Shown: one piece after another, positions 37,294-50,672 of the stretch
Layout: every line of letters begins with the position of its first letter
How positions within the stretch are numbered: position 1 is the first letter of the stretch
Assembly (NCBI GenBank): GCA_044867345.1
Contig: JBIOUU010000070.1
Location: 1 to 63,762 of the forward strand
Origin: Actinomycetota bacterium
GTDB lineage: Bacteria > Actinomycetota > UBA4738 > HRBIN12
Direction of reading: 5' to 3'
Length of the DNA: 63,762 nt
Notes under the pieces: generated by a model
Databases searched by the model: none
What the model was told of the DNA's origin: nothing
The model's input: the letters and a program-made list of their open reading frames with translations, nothing else
Position numbers and translations under genes: made by a program

Positions 37294-38346
37294 CTACTGC
37301 CAGCCCGGCCGGGCGGCGGCGCCGTCATGATCAGGGACTTCCTCATCGATCTCGATGACCCTCGGCGCCGGCTCCGTGTCGGAGTCTGTTGCTACCGGGG
37401 GTCCCGCCAACTCCGAAAGGACGGCCAGCCGATCGCTCAGCGCCTGGAGCGACTCGGTGACGGGGTCGACCGCGTCACGGACGCCGTCGCCGACCTTGAC
37501 CGCGCGGAGCTGGGTCTCATCGATCGAGGTCCGCACCGCGCGGACCAGCGGAGCCAGGCGTTCCCGCCAGGCCGCCAGTCGCTCCACGTCCTCGCGGATC
37601 TCCCGGCGAGCCCGCTCGGCCTCCCGGAGCTCGGCCTCGGCCCGCACACGGGCTGAGTCGAGCACCCGGCCGAGAGCCTGCTCGGCGGCTTCGATGACGG
37701 CGGAGAGCTCCTCCGCCGCCGTGGGTCCCGCATCGGCCGATGCCGCCGAGGCGGCCGCGGCACGAGCGGTGTCCAGCTCCTCGGTGGCCCACCGAAGCTC
37801 CGCCTCCAGGCGCTCCCTGGTCGACACGAGCTCGGCCTCCAGCCGCTCGGTGGCCAACAGCAGCTCGGCCTCGAGCTCGTCCACCCGGTTCTCGGCGCTC
37901 CTCGCACGCTGGTTCTGGATCAGGAAGTCCCGACGTGCCGATCCCAGCTCCTGGCGAAGCACGGCGAGGTCGCCGTTCTGTCGCGCGAGCTGCGTATCGG
38001 CCACTCGCACGAGCTCCTGCGCATCCACCAGCTCCTTGCTCGCAGCCTCGACGTCCGTCGTGAGCTGCGCGACGGTTGCGGCGGCCCGGTCGAGCTCAAG
38101 TCGCGTGGCGTCCCGGTCGGTGCGAAGGTCGGCCGCCTCCGCCTCGGCGGCGCGCAGCGCCTCCTGCCGCTCCTCGAATTGGGCCCTGAGCGCCCCCACC
38201 TCCGAGCGAAGCTCGAGCACCAGGGCCTCGGCCGCCCGGGCTTGCTCCGCCGCCCGGATGAACATCTTGTCCCGGTCGGCGAGGAGCAAGCGCACGCTTT
38301 CGGGCGTGTAGCCGAAGAATCCTCGCTTGAGCTGAAGTGCCTGCAT
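37294..38346 (-). CDS. DivIVA-domain coiled-coil protein
   Basis: The N-terminal KRGFFGYTPESVRLLL resembles a DivIVA motif. About 300 aa of Ala/Glu/Arg/Leu-rich coiled coil follows. Confidence 0.65.
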   Translation of the reverse strand: MQALQLKRGFFGYTPESVRLLLADRDKMFIRAAEQARAAEALVLELRSEVGALRAQFEERQEALRAAEAEAADLRTDRDATRLELDRAAATVAQLTTDVEAASKELVDAQELVRVADTQLARQNGDLAVLRQELGSARRDFLIQNQRARSAENRVDELEAELLLATERLEAELVSTRERLEAELRWATEELDTARAAAASAASADAGPTAAEELSAVIEAAEQALGRVLDSARVRAEAELREAERARREIREDVERLAAWRERLAPLVRAVRTSIDETQLRAVKVGDGVRDAVDPVTESLQALSDRLAVLSELAGPPVATDSDTEPAPRVIEIDEEVPDHDGAAARPGWQ

Positions 38347-38518
38347 CAGGAGAGTCCCCCTAACGGATCGGGAGCCGCTCGGCGATTGTCCGGCCCCCGG
38401 TGGGCGAGTTCAATCACCCGAACGGACATCGGCCGGGAGGAGGGACGGCTTGAATCGGCCTCGCGCTGGTCGCCTTCGGCTCAGTCGGCTGGTACCGTTT
38501 GCCCATGTAGGACTCGGC

Positions 38519-38540
38519 GCCCACCCGCGATCGGGTGGGC
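38519..38540 (+). other. Perfect 9-bp stem-loop in the 5' leader of the guaB3-like gene
   Basis: GCCCACCCG-CGAT-CGGGTGGGC lies 24 nt upstream of ATG 38564, just before GGGGGAGG. Confidence 0.4.
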
Positions 38541-38563
38541 ATCTGCCTATCTGGGGGAGGCGC

Positions 38564-39724
38564 ATGGACATCGAGATCGGCATGGGAAGGACGGCACGCC
38601 GGGCCTACGGTCTCGACGAGGTGGCCATCGTCCCGTCCCGGCGGACTCGGGACCCCGACGACGTGGACATCTCCTGGGAGATCGACGCGTTCACCCTCCC
38701 CCTGCCGGTCATGGCTGCGGCCATGGACGCCGTGGTATCCCCGGCCACCGCCGTCGAGATCGGAAAGCTCGGCGGGCTTGCCGTGCTGAACCTGGAGGGC
38801 CTGCAGACCCGGTACGAGGATCCCGAGCCGATCTTCGACGAGATCGCCGCCCTTACCGACGACAAGGCCACCCGGCGGATGCAGGAGCTGTACCGGGAGC
38901 CGGTCAAGGACGAGCTGATCGTCCGGCGGATCCGAGAGATCAAGCAGGGTGGGGTAGTGGCGGCGGCCTCGCTCACGCCGCAGCGCGTGAGACAGTATTC
39001 TCCGCTGGTTCTGAAGGCCGAGCTCGACGTCCTGGTCATCCAGGGCACCGTGGTCTCGGCAGAGCACGTCTCCACCCGGTCGGAGCCGCTCAACCTGAAG
39101 GAGTTCATCGCCGGGTTCGACCTCCCGGTGATCGTCGGCGGCTGCGCGTCGTACCAGACCGCACTCCACCTCATGCGGACCGGCGCGGCGGGCGTACTGG
39201 TGGGAGTGGGTCCCGGCAACGCCTGCACCACCAGGGGCGTCATCGGGGTCGGCGTCCCCCAGGCCACGGCCATCGCCGACGCGGCGGCGGCCCGCTCGGA
39301 ACACCAACGAGAGACCGGCCGGTACTGCCACGTCGTCGCGGACGGCGGCATGCGGACCGGTGGCGACATCGCCAAGGCCATCGCCTGCGGCGCCGACGCG
39401 GTGATGATCGGCTCCCCCCTCGCCCGCGCGTACGAGGCTCCGGGTCGGGGCCACCACTGGGGGATGGCCACGTTCCATCCGACGCTTCCGCGCGGTGCCC
39501 GGGTGAAAACCCACCAGGTCGCCTCGCTCGCCGAGATCCTGGTGGGTCCAGCCCACGAGAACGACGGCACGCTCAACCTATTCGGCGCGCTCGCCACGTC
39601 GATGGCGACCACGGGATACGCCACGATCAGGGAGTTCCAGAAGGCCGAGCTCGTCATGGCCCCATCCGTCAAGACCGAGGGCAAGACCTACCAGCGGGCT
39701 CAGCAGGTTGGGATGGGGCACTGA
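38564..39724 (+). CDS. GuaB3-type IMP dehydrogenase-related protein (no CBS domains)
   Basis: It has [31 protein letters not shown], a TIM-barrel IMPDH-like core with [11 protein letters not shown], and [14 protein letters not shown]. Confidence 0.8.
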   Translation: MDIEIGMGRTARRAYGLDEVAIVPSRRTRDPDDVDISWEIDAFTLPLPVMAAAMDAVVSPATAVEIGKLGGLAVLNLEGLQTRYEDPEPIFDEIAALTDDKATRRMQELYREPVKDELIVRRIREIKQGGVVAAASLTPQRVRQYSPLVLKAELDVLVIQGTVVSAEHVSTRSEPLNLKEFIAGFDLPVIVGGCASYQTALHLMRTGAAGVLVGVGPGNACTTRGVIGVGVPQATAIADAAAARSEHQRETGRYCHVVADGGMRTGGDIAKAIACGADAVMIGSPLARAYEAPGRGHHWGMATFHPTLPRGARVKTHQVASLAEILVGPAHENDGTLNLFGALATSMATTGYATIREFQKAELVMAPSVKTEGKTYQRAQQVGMGH

Positions 39725-39728
39725 GCGG

Positions 39729-41273
<1,545 letters not shown>

Positions 41274-41276
41274 GCC

Positions 41277-41936
41277 TCAGGCCAGACGGTCGGCCACGAC
41301 GATGAGCCGTTCGGCCGCCGAGTAGCGCGGATTGCACGTGGTGAGCACCAACGTTGGGTTCTTCGTCTGGTCGAGGACGGACGAGTTGTCGGGCGTGATC
41401 ACGAACACCCTCGTCACGACGTACCGGAAGGTCCCATATTCCGTTTCCAGGATGATCGGGTCGCCATCCTTCATCTCGTTCAGGTCGTAGAACGGGTGCA
41501 GGTAGGTAGTGCGATGCCCTGCGATCCCCACCCGGCCGTGGTCCTGCCAGGGGTAGGCCGTGTCCGCGTAGTGGCCGGGACCTTTCTTCAGCGATTCCGT
41601 GTCGGTGCCCTCCACCACGACCATGTTGAGGTGGATCCGGGGGATCTTCAGGATGGCCACCGCGTTCCCCGGCACCCGGACGGCATTCGCGGTCGGGTCG
41701 GTGGGGACCTTCGTCCCGAGCCTCTTCTCGAAGTTCGGCCGCATCTCGGCCTGGAGGCGCTGCGTGGTGAACCCGGTCCCCCATAGCTCCCACGCGAGGT
41801 CACCGCCGATGGCCACGCCTCCAGCGACGAACAGGATCGCCAGGGCCCGAAGGGCCAGGGCAAGGCGGCTCCGGCGCGGCCGGGAGGCCGAGCGCTGGGG
41901 ACGCGTCTCGGTGGAAATGGGCATGGCGTCCTGCAC
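41277..41936 (-). CDS. Class E sortase
   Basis: An N-terminal TM anchor is followed by IAGHRTTY and the catalytic LTTCNP motif. Confidence 0.8.
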   Translation of the reverse strand: MQDAMPISTETRPQRSASRPRRSRLALALRALAILFVAGGVAIGGDLAWELWGTGFTTQRLQAEMRPNFEKRLGTKVPTDPTANAVRVPGNAVAILKIPRIHLNMVVVEGTDTESLKKGPGHYADTAYPWQDHGRVGIAGHRTTYLHPFYDLNEMKDGDPIILETEYGTFRYVVTRVFVITPDNSSVLDQTKNPTLVLTTCNPRYSAAERLIVVADRLA

Positions 41937-42000
41937 GTTTCAAGTGTCGCAGGTTTCCAAACCGAACTTGAGCGTCGGGTCGACCCCTACAATCGTAGGC

Positions 42001-44189
<2,189 letters not shown>

Positions 44190-44193
<4 letters not shown>

Positions 44194-44678
44194 GCCGTTT
44201 CCGCGACGATGCGCCGTCGCAGGCCGCGTTCCGGGTCCCAGGCCAGCGCGTAGCGCTCGTCGCCGAACACGACATAGCCGGCGGATTCGACGTCGAGCGC
44301 GAAGAGATGATACTCGGGCTCGTCGGGGGCCCATCCGATCCGGGCCTTGATCGCTTCGCGGTACGACTGCCGGACGTCGGGAGCGGAGACATCGATCGCC
44401 CGACCGTAGAGCTTGACGTCTCCTTCGGTTCCTTCCCGATCCCTGGTCACGCTGTGAACGACGAAGCGCGGGTCGCGCAGCAGGTCGATCGCTTTCCGGG
44501 ATCGCCACATCATCCCGAGGAGCAGCTCACCGGCGGCGACATCGATCTCGCAGGGGCTGATCCGGGGCGATCCGTCACGCCGCAACGTGCCGACCAGGCA
44601 CAGCCCATCCGTGCGGAACCGTGTCTCGGCCCGCTCGGCGATCTCCGGGGCTGCGGTGGCGAAGGCGTCCCAGTTCAT
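44190..44678 (-). CDS. Pyridoxamine 5'-phosphate oxidase-like (split-barrel flavin/deazaflavin-binding) family protein
   Basis: 163 aa starting from MNWDAFATAAPEIAERAETRF. The fold-typical segment is GTLRRDGSPRISP. It converges with pcrA, with a 4-nt overlap. Confidence 0.6.
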
Positions 44679-44686
44679 CCGTCCAC

Positions 44687-44851
44687 TCAGCGGAACAACG
44701 CGAGCGAGCCGGCGACCACGATGATCACAGCGACGACCAGCGGCGCGATGACCCACGCCAGGCCGAGCCTGCCTCGATACGGGCCGAGCGCCCCCACCTT
44801 CGTCGTGGGCTTCAGGCCGGGCGGTCGGAACCGGAATCGCTTTCTGGCCAC
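44687..44851 (-). CDS. Candidate 54-aa single-pass membrane protein (below the ORF-track cutoff as a stand-alone gene)
   Basis: The peptide from the GTG start is VARKRFRFRPPGLKPTTKVGALGPYRGRLGLAWVIAPLVVAVIIVVAGSLALFR. By hand count, 48 of 54 codons end in G/C. The stop lies 8 nt upstream of the PNPOx-like start. No clear RBS is visible. Confidence 0.35.
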   Translation of the reverse strand: MARKRFRFRPPGLKPTTKVGALGPYRGRLGLAWVIAPLVVAVIIVVAGSLALFR

Positions 44852-44914
44852 GCATCGAAGTATCGCAGGCCGTTGCGCGCGGCGTTGTGAGCGGGGCGGA
44901 GCAGGGCGTTCGCT

Positions 44915-45334
44915 ATGATGGCCGGCATGCCCGAGAAGTATCGGATCATCGTGGCCAAGCCCGGCCTCGACGGGCACGACCGCGGTGCGAAGGTGGTCGC
45001 CCGTGCCCTTCGCGATGCCGGGTTCGAGGTCATCTACACGGGCCTGCACCAGACCCCAGAGCAGATCGCCGAGACCGCGATCCAGGAGGACGCCGACGGC
45101 GTGGGCCTGTCGTGTCATTCGGGAGCGCACATGACGCTCTTCCCCAAGGTCGTGAAGCTCCTCCGGGAGCGGGGCGCGGGCGACGTGGTCGTGTTCGGCG
45201 GTGGCATCATCCCCAAGGACGACATCCCCAAGCTCCAGGCCGACGGCATCGAGCGCATCTTCACCCCGGGGGCACCGACGGGGGAGATCGTGGCCTGGCT
45301 CCGGGAGCGCCTGCCGGCCAAACAGGCCAGTTGA
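44915..45334 (+). CDS. Stand-alone cobalamin (B12)-binding domain protein, methylmalonyl-CoA mutase C-terminal-domain type
   Basis: It contains [41 protein letters not shown] (the DxHxxG motif) and GGGIIP. Its stop shares one base with the sucC start. Confidence 0.85.
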   Translation: MMAGMPEKYRIIVAKPGLDGHDRGAKVVARALRDAGFEVIYTGLHQTPEQIAETAIQEDADGVGLSCHSGAHMTLFPKVVKLLRERGAGDVVVFGGGIIPKDDIPKLQADGIERIFTPGAPTGEIVAWLRERLPAKQAS

Positions 45335-46473
45335 TGGATCTGTACGAGCACCAGGGAAAAGAGCTCTTCGCCAAGCACGGCATCCCCCTGGTCGAGGGCT
45401 CCCTGGCCGAGTCGGCAGAGCAGGCCCGAGGAATCGCCGAGCGCCTGGGGGGAAAGGTGGCCGTGAAGGTCCAGGTCCGGATGGGAGGGCGAGGAAAGGG
45501 CGGCGGCATCGCGCTGGTCGGCTCGCCCGGGGAGGCCGAGGACGCGGCGGCCAGGATGCTTTCGGAGGGATTCCAGGGAACGAAGGTCACCCGGGTCCTC
45601 GTCGAGCGCCTGGTCGACATCTCCGGGCAGTTCTACGCGGCCATCTCGCTCGACCGGAGCGCCGGCGCCTACCTGGCGATCGTCTCCTCTGAGGGCGGCA
45701 TGGACATCGAGCAGGTGGCGCGGGAACGGCCCGAGGCGTTGCGCCGGGTTCATATCGACCCCCTGCTGGGACTGCACGCCTATCAGGTTCGCTACGCGGT
45801 GGGCCACCTTCCCGCCGAGGCGCGGGAGGGGGCGGCCGCGGTTTTGGCCACGATGCACGAGGTCGTCGCGGCGAACGACGCGACCCTCGTCGAGGTCAAC
45901 CCGCTCGCCCTTCTGGCCGACGGGCGGGTGGTCGCGCTCGACTCGAAGGTCACGATCGACGACAACGCCCTGTGGCGGCATCCCGAGCTCGAAGCCCTTC
46001 GCGCGACGTTCCCCATCGATCCGGTGGAGGCCCGGGCCGGGGAGGCGGGGCTCCAGTACGTGAAGCTCGACGGCGAGGTGGGGATCATCGGCAACGGCGC
46101 CGGCCTGGTGATGGCGACGCTCGACGTCGTGGAGCTGGCCGGGGCGAAGCCGGCCAACTTCCTCGACGTCGGCGGCGGTGCCAGCGCGGAGGTGATGGCC
46201 GTCTCGCTCGAGGTGGTCCTGTCGGACCCGAGCGTGCGATCGGTCCTGGTGAATATCTTCGGGGGCATCACGCGATGTGACGTGGTTGCCCAAGGGATCC
46301 TCGAGGCCCTCACGCGACTTGTCCCCACGGTCCAGATCGTGGTTCGCCTGGACGGAACGAACGCGCCGGAGGGCCGCGCCATCCTCTCCGAGGCGAACCA
46401 CCCCCGGATCGTCCCGGCCGAGACGATGCTCGAGGCGGCGCAACGCGCGGCCGAGCTGGCGAGGGCGGCCTGA
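45334..46473 (+). CDS. sucC: Succinate--CoA ligase (ADP-forming) beta subunit
   Basis: It contains [18 protein letters not shown], an ATP-grasp domain, and [12 protein letters not shown]. Confidence 0.95.
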   Translation: MDLYEHQGKELFAKHGIPLVEGSLAESAEQARGIAERLGGKVAVKVQVRMGGRGKGGGIALVGSPGEAEDAAARMLSEGFQGTKVTRVLVERLVDISGQFYAAISLDRSAGAYLAIVSSEGGMDIEQVARERPEALRRVHIDPLLGLHAYQVRYAVGHLPAEAREGAAAVLATMHEVVAANDATLVEVNPLALLADGRVVALDSKVTIDDNALWRHPELEALRATFPIDPVEARAGEAGLQYVKLDGEVGIIGNGAGLVMATLDVVELAGAKPANFLDVGGGASAEVMAVSLEVVLSDPSVRSVLVNIFGGITRCDVVAQGILEALTRLVPTVQIVVRLDGTNAPEGRAILSEANHPRIVPAETMLEAAQRAAELARAA

Positions 46474-47342
46474 TGGCGATCCTGGTCGACGACGCCACCC
46501 GCGTCGTGGTCCAGGGACTGACCGGCCGGGAGGGCACCTTCCACGGGCTGCGGAACCGGGCGTACGGCACCAAGGTGGTGGCAGGGGTCACCCCCGGCAA
46601 GTCCGGCCGGGACGTGGAGAGGATCCCGGTGTTCGACACGGTGGCAGAAGCGGTGGCCGAGACCGGCGCCAACACCTCCCTGATCTTCGTACCACCGCGG
46701 TTCGCCACGGAGGCCATCTACGAGGCGACCGACTCCGAGCTCCGGCTCATCGTGTGCATCACCGAGGGCATCCCCGTCCGGGACATGGCCCAGGTCGCGG
46801 GATACGTGCGCGGCAAGCCGTCCACCTTGGTTGGTCCGAACTGCCCCGGCGTCATCTCGCCGGGGAAGTCGAACGTGGGCATCATCCCGGGGGAGATCTG
46901 CATTGCCGGCCCGGTGGGCCTGGTCTCGCGGTCGGGTACCCTCACCTACCAGATCGTGCACGAGCTGACGCAGCGCGGCCTGGGACAGTCCACGTGCGTG
47001 GGGATGGGAGGCGACCCCGTGCACGGCATCGGCTTCATCGGGTGCCTCGAACGGTTCGAGAAGGATCCCGAGACCCGCCTGGTCGTCCTGATCGGAGAGA
47101 TCGGGGGCGATGACGAGGAGCGCGCCGCCGTGTTCATCGCGGAGCGGATGCGAAAGCCGGTCGTCGGCTACATCGCCGGGTTCACCGCGCCGCCCGGTAA
47201 GCGCATGGGCCATGCCGGCGCCATCGTCACGGGCTCGAGGGGAACGGCCCAGGCCAAGGCCGAGGCGCTGGAGGCCGCGGGCGTGAAGGTCGGCCGGACG
47301 CCCACTGAGGTGGCCGAGCTCGTCGAGGGAGCCATGGCATGA
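46473..47342 (+). CDS. sucD: Succinate--CoA ligase alpha subunit
   Basis: It contains [21 protein letters not shown], and the phosphohistidine loop GHAGAIV. Confidence 0.95.
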   Translation: MAILVDDATRVVVQGLTGREGTFHGLRNRAYGTKVVAGVTPGKSGRDVERIPVFDTVAEAVAETGANTSLIFVPPRFATEAIYEATDSELRLIVCITEGIPVRDMAQVAGYVRGKPSTLVGPNCPGVISPGKSNVGIIPGEICIAGPVGLVSRSGTLTYQIVHELTQRGLGQSTCVGMGGDPVHGIGFIGCLERFEKDPETRLVVLIGEIGGDDEERAAVFIAERMRKPVVGYIAGFTAPPGKRMGHAGAIVTGSRGTAQAKAEALEAAGVKVGRTPTEVAELVEGAMA

Positions 47343-48796
47343 GCGAGGTCCCTCCACCCCCCACCGCTCCCGTCTACCCTTCCGGTCCGGACGTCGCCTC
47401 CCGACCACCCATCATCGACGACGTGACTCGCGGGTGGTTCACCGCGCTCGTTCGGGGGTTGGTCGCGTTCGTCGTCATGGCCGGCCTGGGACAGGCGGCG
47501 GCGTTCGTCCTCTATTTCGTGGGGGACCGGCGCGGCTCGGTGGGCACGTTCGCCAAGATCGGCTGGTTCTACTTCGACTGGTTCCATCACATCGCGCTGT
47601 CGGCGAGCGTGCCGAACTTCTCGATCCCGGACACCGGCGGCCTGCTGCCCGGAGGGGCGTCCGTCCGCGTGCACCTGGGGCTGGCCCTGATGCTCGGGAC
47701 GTTCGTCGCCGTTTGGCTCCTGTACGGCGCGGGCAAAGCTGTCGCCGACAGGGCCGACGGGGGTGGGGTCGCCCGCGTCCTCCACGGCCTGAAGGTCGCG
47801 CCGGTCTATGCGCTTCCGTGCCTCCTGTTCTCACTGTTGGTGAAGGTGAAGGCCACCATCCCGCCGGGCGCGTTCGCATCGGGCTCCGTGGAGGTGAAGT
47901 CCTCGGAGGCCCAGTCCTTCTTGATCCCCTTGCTTTTCGCGGCCGCCGCCGGCGCCGCCGGTGGTTTGCGGTCGGGGCGGTACGAGCTCCTGACCCGAGG
48001 CCCGTGGGGCCGGCGGGTGTCCGGGGCGCTCGCCGGTGGGTTCAGGATGCTCGCGCTCGGGATCGTGCTGTCGTTCGTGGGCCTCCTGGTCCTGGCGGTG
48101 GTCGAGCCCGACGCCACGAAGGCGTATTTCCGGGCCGTGTCGGAGCCGCCGGTGGACGAGACGGCGATCATCATCGGGCACCACGTGCTGGTGCTGCCGA
48201 ACCAATCGATGTGGGTGCTGGTCCCCGCGATGGGTGGGTGCGACGGCGTGTACGGGACCGGCGTGTCCAGGACCTTCCTCTGCTACTGGAAGTACCCGAG
48301 ACAGGTCTCGGTCTCGACGGGCGGAGGGTCACCGGGAAGCGTCCTCTCGGGGCTGCCGCAGGTTCGGACGGAATTCGGCACGGCCCCGATCGGGTACTTC
48401 CTGTTCCTCCTGGTCCCGGCGATTTCGGTCCTGCTGGGGGGGCGACACGCCGTCAGGAAGCGGGCCCGCTTCAGGTACGAGGCCGTCGCGGTGGGGGCGG
48501 CCGCCGGCGTGGCTTTCGGCATCCTGGCGGCGGTGGCGTCGTGGTTCGCATCGCTGTCCGCCGGCGTGTCGGGCAACATCGCCGGCATCTCCTCGAACCT
48601 CTCGGTGACGATCGGGCCCGACGTGGTCATCGGGGGACTCATCGCCCTCGTGTGGGGCGTCGTCGGCGGAGGTATCGGCGGGTGGTGGGCCGGACGGGAG
48701 CTCCCGGCGCGCGCGCCGCTCCTGGCGCCCTCAGGCTCGGTGGACACCCCGGAACCGCCGCGCTGGTCCGGGCCCTCGGAGCCTCTTTCAGGCTAG
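47339..48796 (+). CDS. Polytopic membrane protein, PerM/DUF6350-like by position and topology
   Basis: 485 aa with a Pro-rich N-terminus and many TM helices. It sits immediately downstream of sucD, overlapping by ATGA. This is the same position as the M. tuberculosis membrane-protein genes between sucD and purN. Confidence 0.55.
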   Translation: MSEVPPPPTAPVYPSGPDVASRPPIIDDVTRGWFTALVRGLVAFVVMAGLGQAAAFVLYFVGDRRGSVGTFAKIGWFYFDWFHHIALSASVPNFSIPDTGGLLPGGASVRVHLGLALMLGTFVAVWLLYGAGKAVADRADGGGVARVLHGLKVAPVYALPCLLFSLLVKVKATIPPGAFASGSVEVKSSEAQSFLIPLLFAAAAGAAGGLRSGRYELLTRGPWGRRVSGALAGGFRMLALGIVLSFVGLLVLAVVEPDATKAYFRAVSEPPVDETAIIIGHHVLVLPNQSMWVLVPAMGGCDGVYGTGVSRTFLCYWKYPRQVSVSTGGGSPGSVLSGLPQVRTEFGTAPIGYFLFLLVPAISVLLGGRHAVRKRARFRYEAVAVGAAAGVAFGILAAVASWFASLSAGVSGNIAGISSNLSVTIGPDVVIGGLIALVWGVVGGGIGGWWAGRELPARAPLLAPSGSVDTPEPPRWSGPSEPLSG

Positions 48797-48815
48797 GACG
48801 AGCTCGTACGCATGC

Positions 48816-48845
48816 GGAAGGCCCGGCCTGACGGCCGGGCCTTCC
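48816..48845. terminator. Bidirectional intrinsic-terminator-like hairpin between convergent genes
   Basis: GGAAGGCCCGGCC-TGAC-GGCCGGGCCTTCC forms a perfect 13-bp stem. No strong U-tract is present. Confidence 0.6.
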
Positions 48846-48860
48846 ACGCGTCTCGCATCC

Positions 48861-49328
48861 TTATCCCAGGCCGGTACCGCTCGGAGGCGGAGGGGTCGAG
48901 GCCGGCTCGCTGTAGAGCATGTAGGCGCCGTACGCCCACACCAGGTTCAACGCGAGCCCCACGAAGATCCCCCATGACAGGGTCACGCCCGTTGGCTTGG
49001 CCACCAACCCGAGGAGCGTGAACAGGAGCGCGATGCCGGCGACGGCGATGTGCAGCATCCCTCGCTCCACGGGCATCTTGAGATCGGTGCCCATCACCTT
49101 GGTCACTACGACCTCCACGATCGCAACGAGCGCTAGGAACCAGGAGATGATCACCGTGTTGTGGAACCCGCTGATCCCCTCGCTGGCGAACGTCACGCCG
49201 AGGGCAGTGCAGCAGCTATACCAGACGGGCAGGAACGTCCAGATGACGAACGCGATCGTCCCACCGAGGATGATCTTGTCCGCCGTTGAGACCTTGGACA
49301 TGTCGAAACCTTGACCTTGCTGTGCCAT
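48861..49328 (-). CDS. Small membrane protein with a Pro-rich C-terminus
   Basis: 155 aa with four TM helices. The tail reads EPASTPPPPSGTGLG. Confidence 0.5.
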   Translation of the reverse strand: MAQQGQGFDMSKVSTADKIILGGTIAFVIWTFLPVWYSCCTALGVTFASEGISGFHNTVIISWFLALVAIVEVVVTKVMGTDLKMPVERGMLHIAVAGIALLFTLLGLVAKPTGVTLSWGIFVGLALNLVWAYGAYMLYSEPASTPPPPSGTGLG

Positions 49329-49400
49329 CGCTCCCCTTTCCTTCCCCGAGCATCATGGCCGCGCAGCCACGGGCTATCCAATACCGGGGCACAAGGCGAG

Positions 49401-50060
49401 TCAACCACGCGGCGCGTGCGGCTCTCGCGCCCGAAGCATCGTGGCCAGGGCTGCCGCGCACGCCACGATCCCTGCGGGAAGGGCGATCCACGGCCCGAGC
49501 CACGGCCGAGTGAACGGGGGAGGGCGAAGCGTCGCCAGGGTCGCGAACGCGGTCACCGCCGCCCCGAGCACGCTCTCCACGATGGCCCAGGGCGGATGCG
49601 GCCGGATGCGCAGTCCTCGCATCGTCAGCCAGACCGCCAGTCCAAGAGCGGCGGCGATCGCAGCGACCACCGACCATTGCGCCACCCGGCCCCATGCCCC
49701 GAACGGGTGCGAGCCTTCTCCGAACCGGGTCCACGGCAGGAGCGTCGCGCCGCCGGCCACCGCGAACGCGAGTCCGACGATCGCCCACGGCATGGTCCAC
49801 CGCTCCGTGATGGGGAGCACGTCGGTCGGGAGCCCGGGCCCCAGGGCCCCCTCCAGGCATTCGACGCCGAGGACTCGGCCCCGCACCGGCACGGCGCAGG
49901 CGAGGCAGAGCGGCCGCCCGCAACCGTCGCATCGTGCCACCGAGAGGCTCGCCGGGTGGAGGTCGCAGCGCTCGGTGCTCTTCGTGGTCTTCTCATCGAG
50001 CGGCATGAGCCAAATCCTAGCGTCGCCCTTCTGGCGGTCGTGTTTGACGGGATAGGTCAA
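49401..50060 (-). CDS. B-box-type zinc-finger membrane protein
   Basis: CDLHPASLSVARCDGCGRPLCLACAV is followed by four hydrophobic helices. The start may instead be the Met at 50006. Confidence 0.5.
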   Translation of the reverse strand: MTYPVKHDRQKGDARIWLMPLDEKTTKSTERCDLHPASLSVARCDGCGRPLCLACAVPVRGRVLGVECLEGALGPGLPTDVLPITERWTMPWAIVGLAFAVAGGATLLPWTRFGEGSHPFGAWGRVAQWSVVAAIAAALGLAVWLTMRGLRIRPHPPWAIVESVLGAAVTAFATLATLRPPPFTRPWLGPWIALPAGIVACAAALATMLRAREPHAPRG

Positions 50061-50116
50061 GGGCGGGGTGCGGAGTGGGCGGCAGGGTGGGCTGGGGTCG
50101 CGGGTACGAAGCGACG

Positions 50117-50665
50117 CTACCTACGGGGTGGGGGAGGCGGCGTCCCCTCGCCGTGAGGCGGAGGCGGCGGGTGGCCGCGCTCAGGGAGGGGGGTGGGGAT
50201 CGAGACCACGTCGGGCGTTTCCTCCGGCCAGACGAGCAAGAGCCGGCACGGCGCGTGGTCCACAACGAAGCGCGTAGCCGGGCCGAGGCTATGCGGCCCA
50301 AGCCGGGAGCGATCGCCGTCGCGGGCAGCGACGAGAAGGTCGGCCCCCCCGGCGAAACGAACCACCTCCCGCTCCACGCGCCCCCGCCGAATCACTCGGT
50401 CGACGTTTGCCCGCCCAAGTGACCCCGCGGCCGCCTCGAGCAGGGCTTCTCCGGAGGTCCTGGCTTCGGCGACCACCCCTTCCGTTGGGGTGGGCCCGGG
50501 CCGCCACCGGCCCATCAGACCACCGAGGGCGGCGTCCGCCGCCCCGTGCACGTCCTCGGGGATGACATAGAGAAGCGAGACCCGGGCTTCCGCAGGGATC
50601 ATCGGAGCGGCGGCGTCGATGCACCCCTCCCAGGTTCCCTCGACCAGCCACAACACGACGTGCAC
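50117..50665 (-). CDS. Universal stress protein (UspA)-like protein with a Pro-rich C-terminal tail
   Basis: It has VHVVLWLVEG at the N-terminus and GPHSLGPATRFVVDHAPCRLLLV (USP ATP-binding-like region) near the C-terminal end of the domain. An alternative start at 50719 would overlap the upstream permease. Confidence 0.5.
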   Translation of the reverse strand: MHVVLWLVEGTWEGCIDAAAPMIPAEARVSLLYVIPEDVHGAADAALGGLMGRWRPGPTPTEGVVAEARTSGEALLEAAAGSLGRANVDRVIRRGRVEREVVRFAGGADLLVAARDGDRSRLGPHSLGPATRFVVDHAPCRLLLVWPEETPDVVSIPTPLPERGHPPPPPHGEGTPPPPPRR

Positions 50666-50672
50666 GCGGGCA

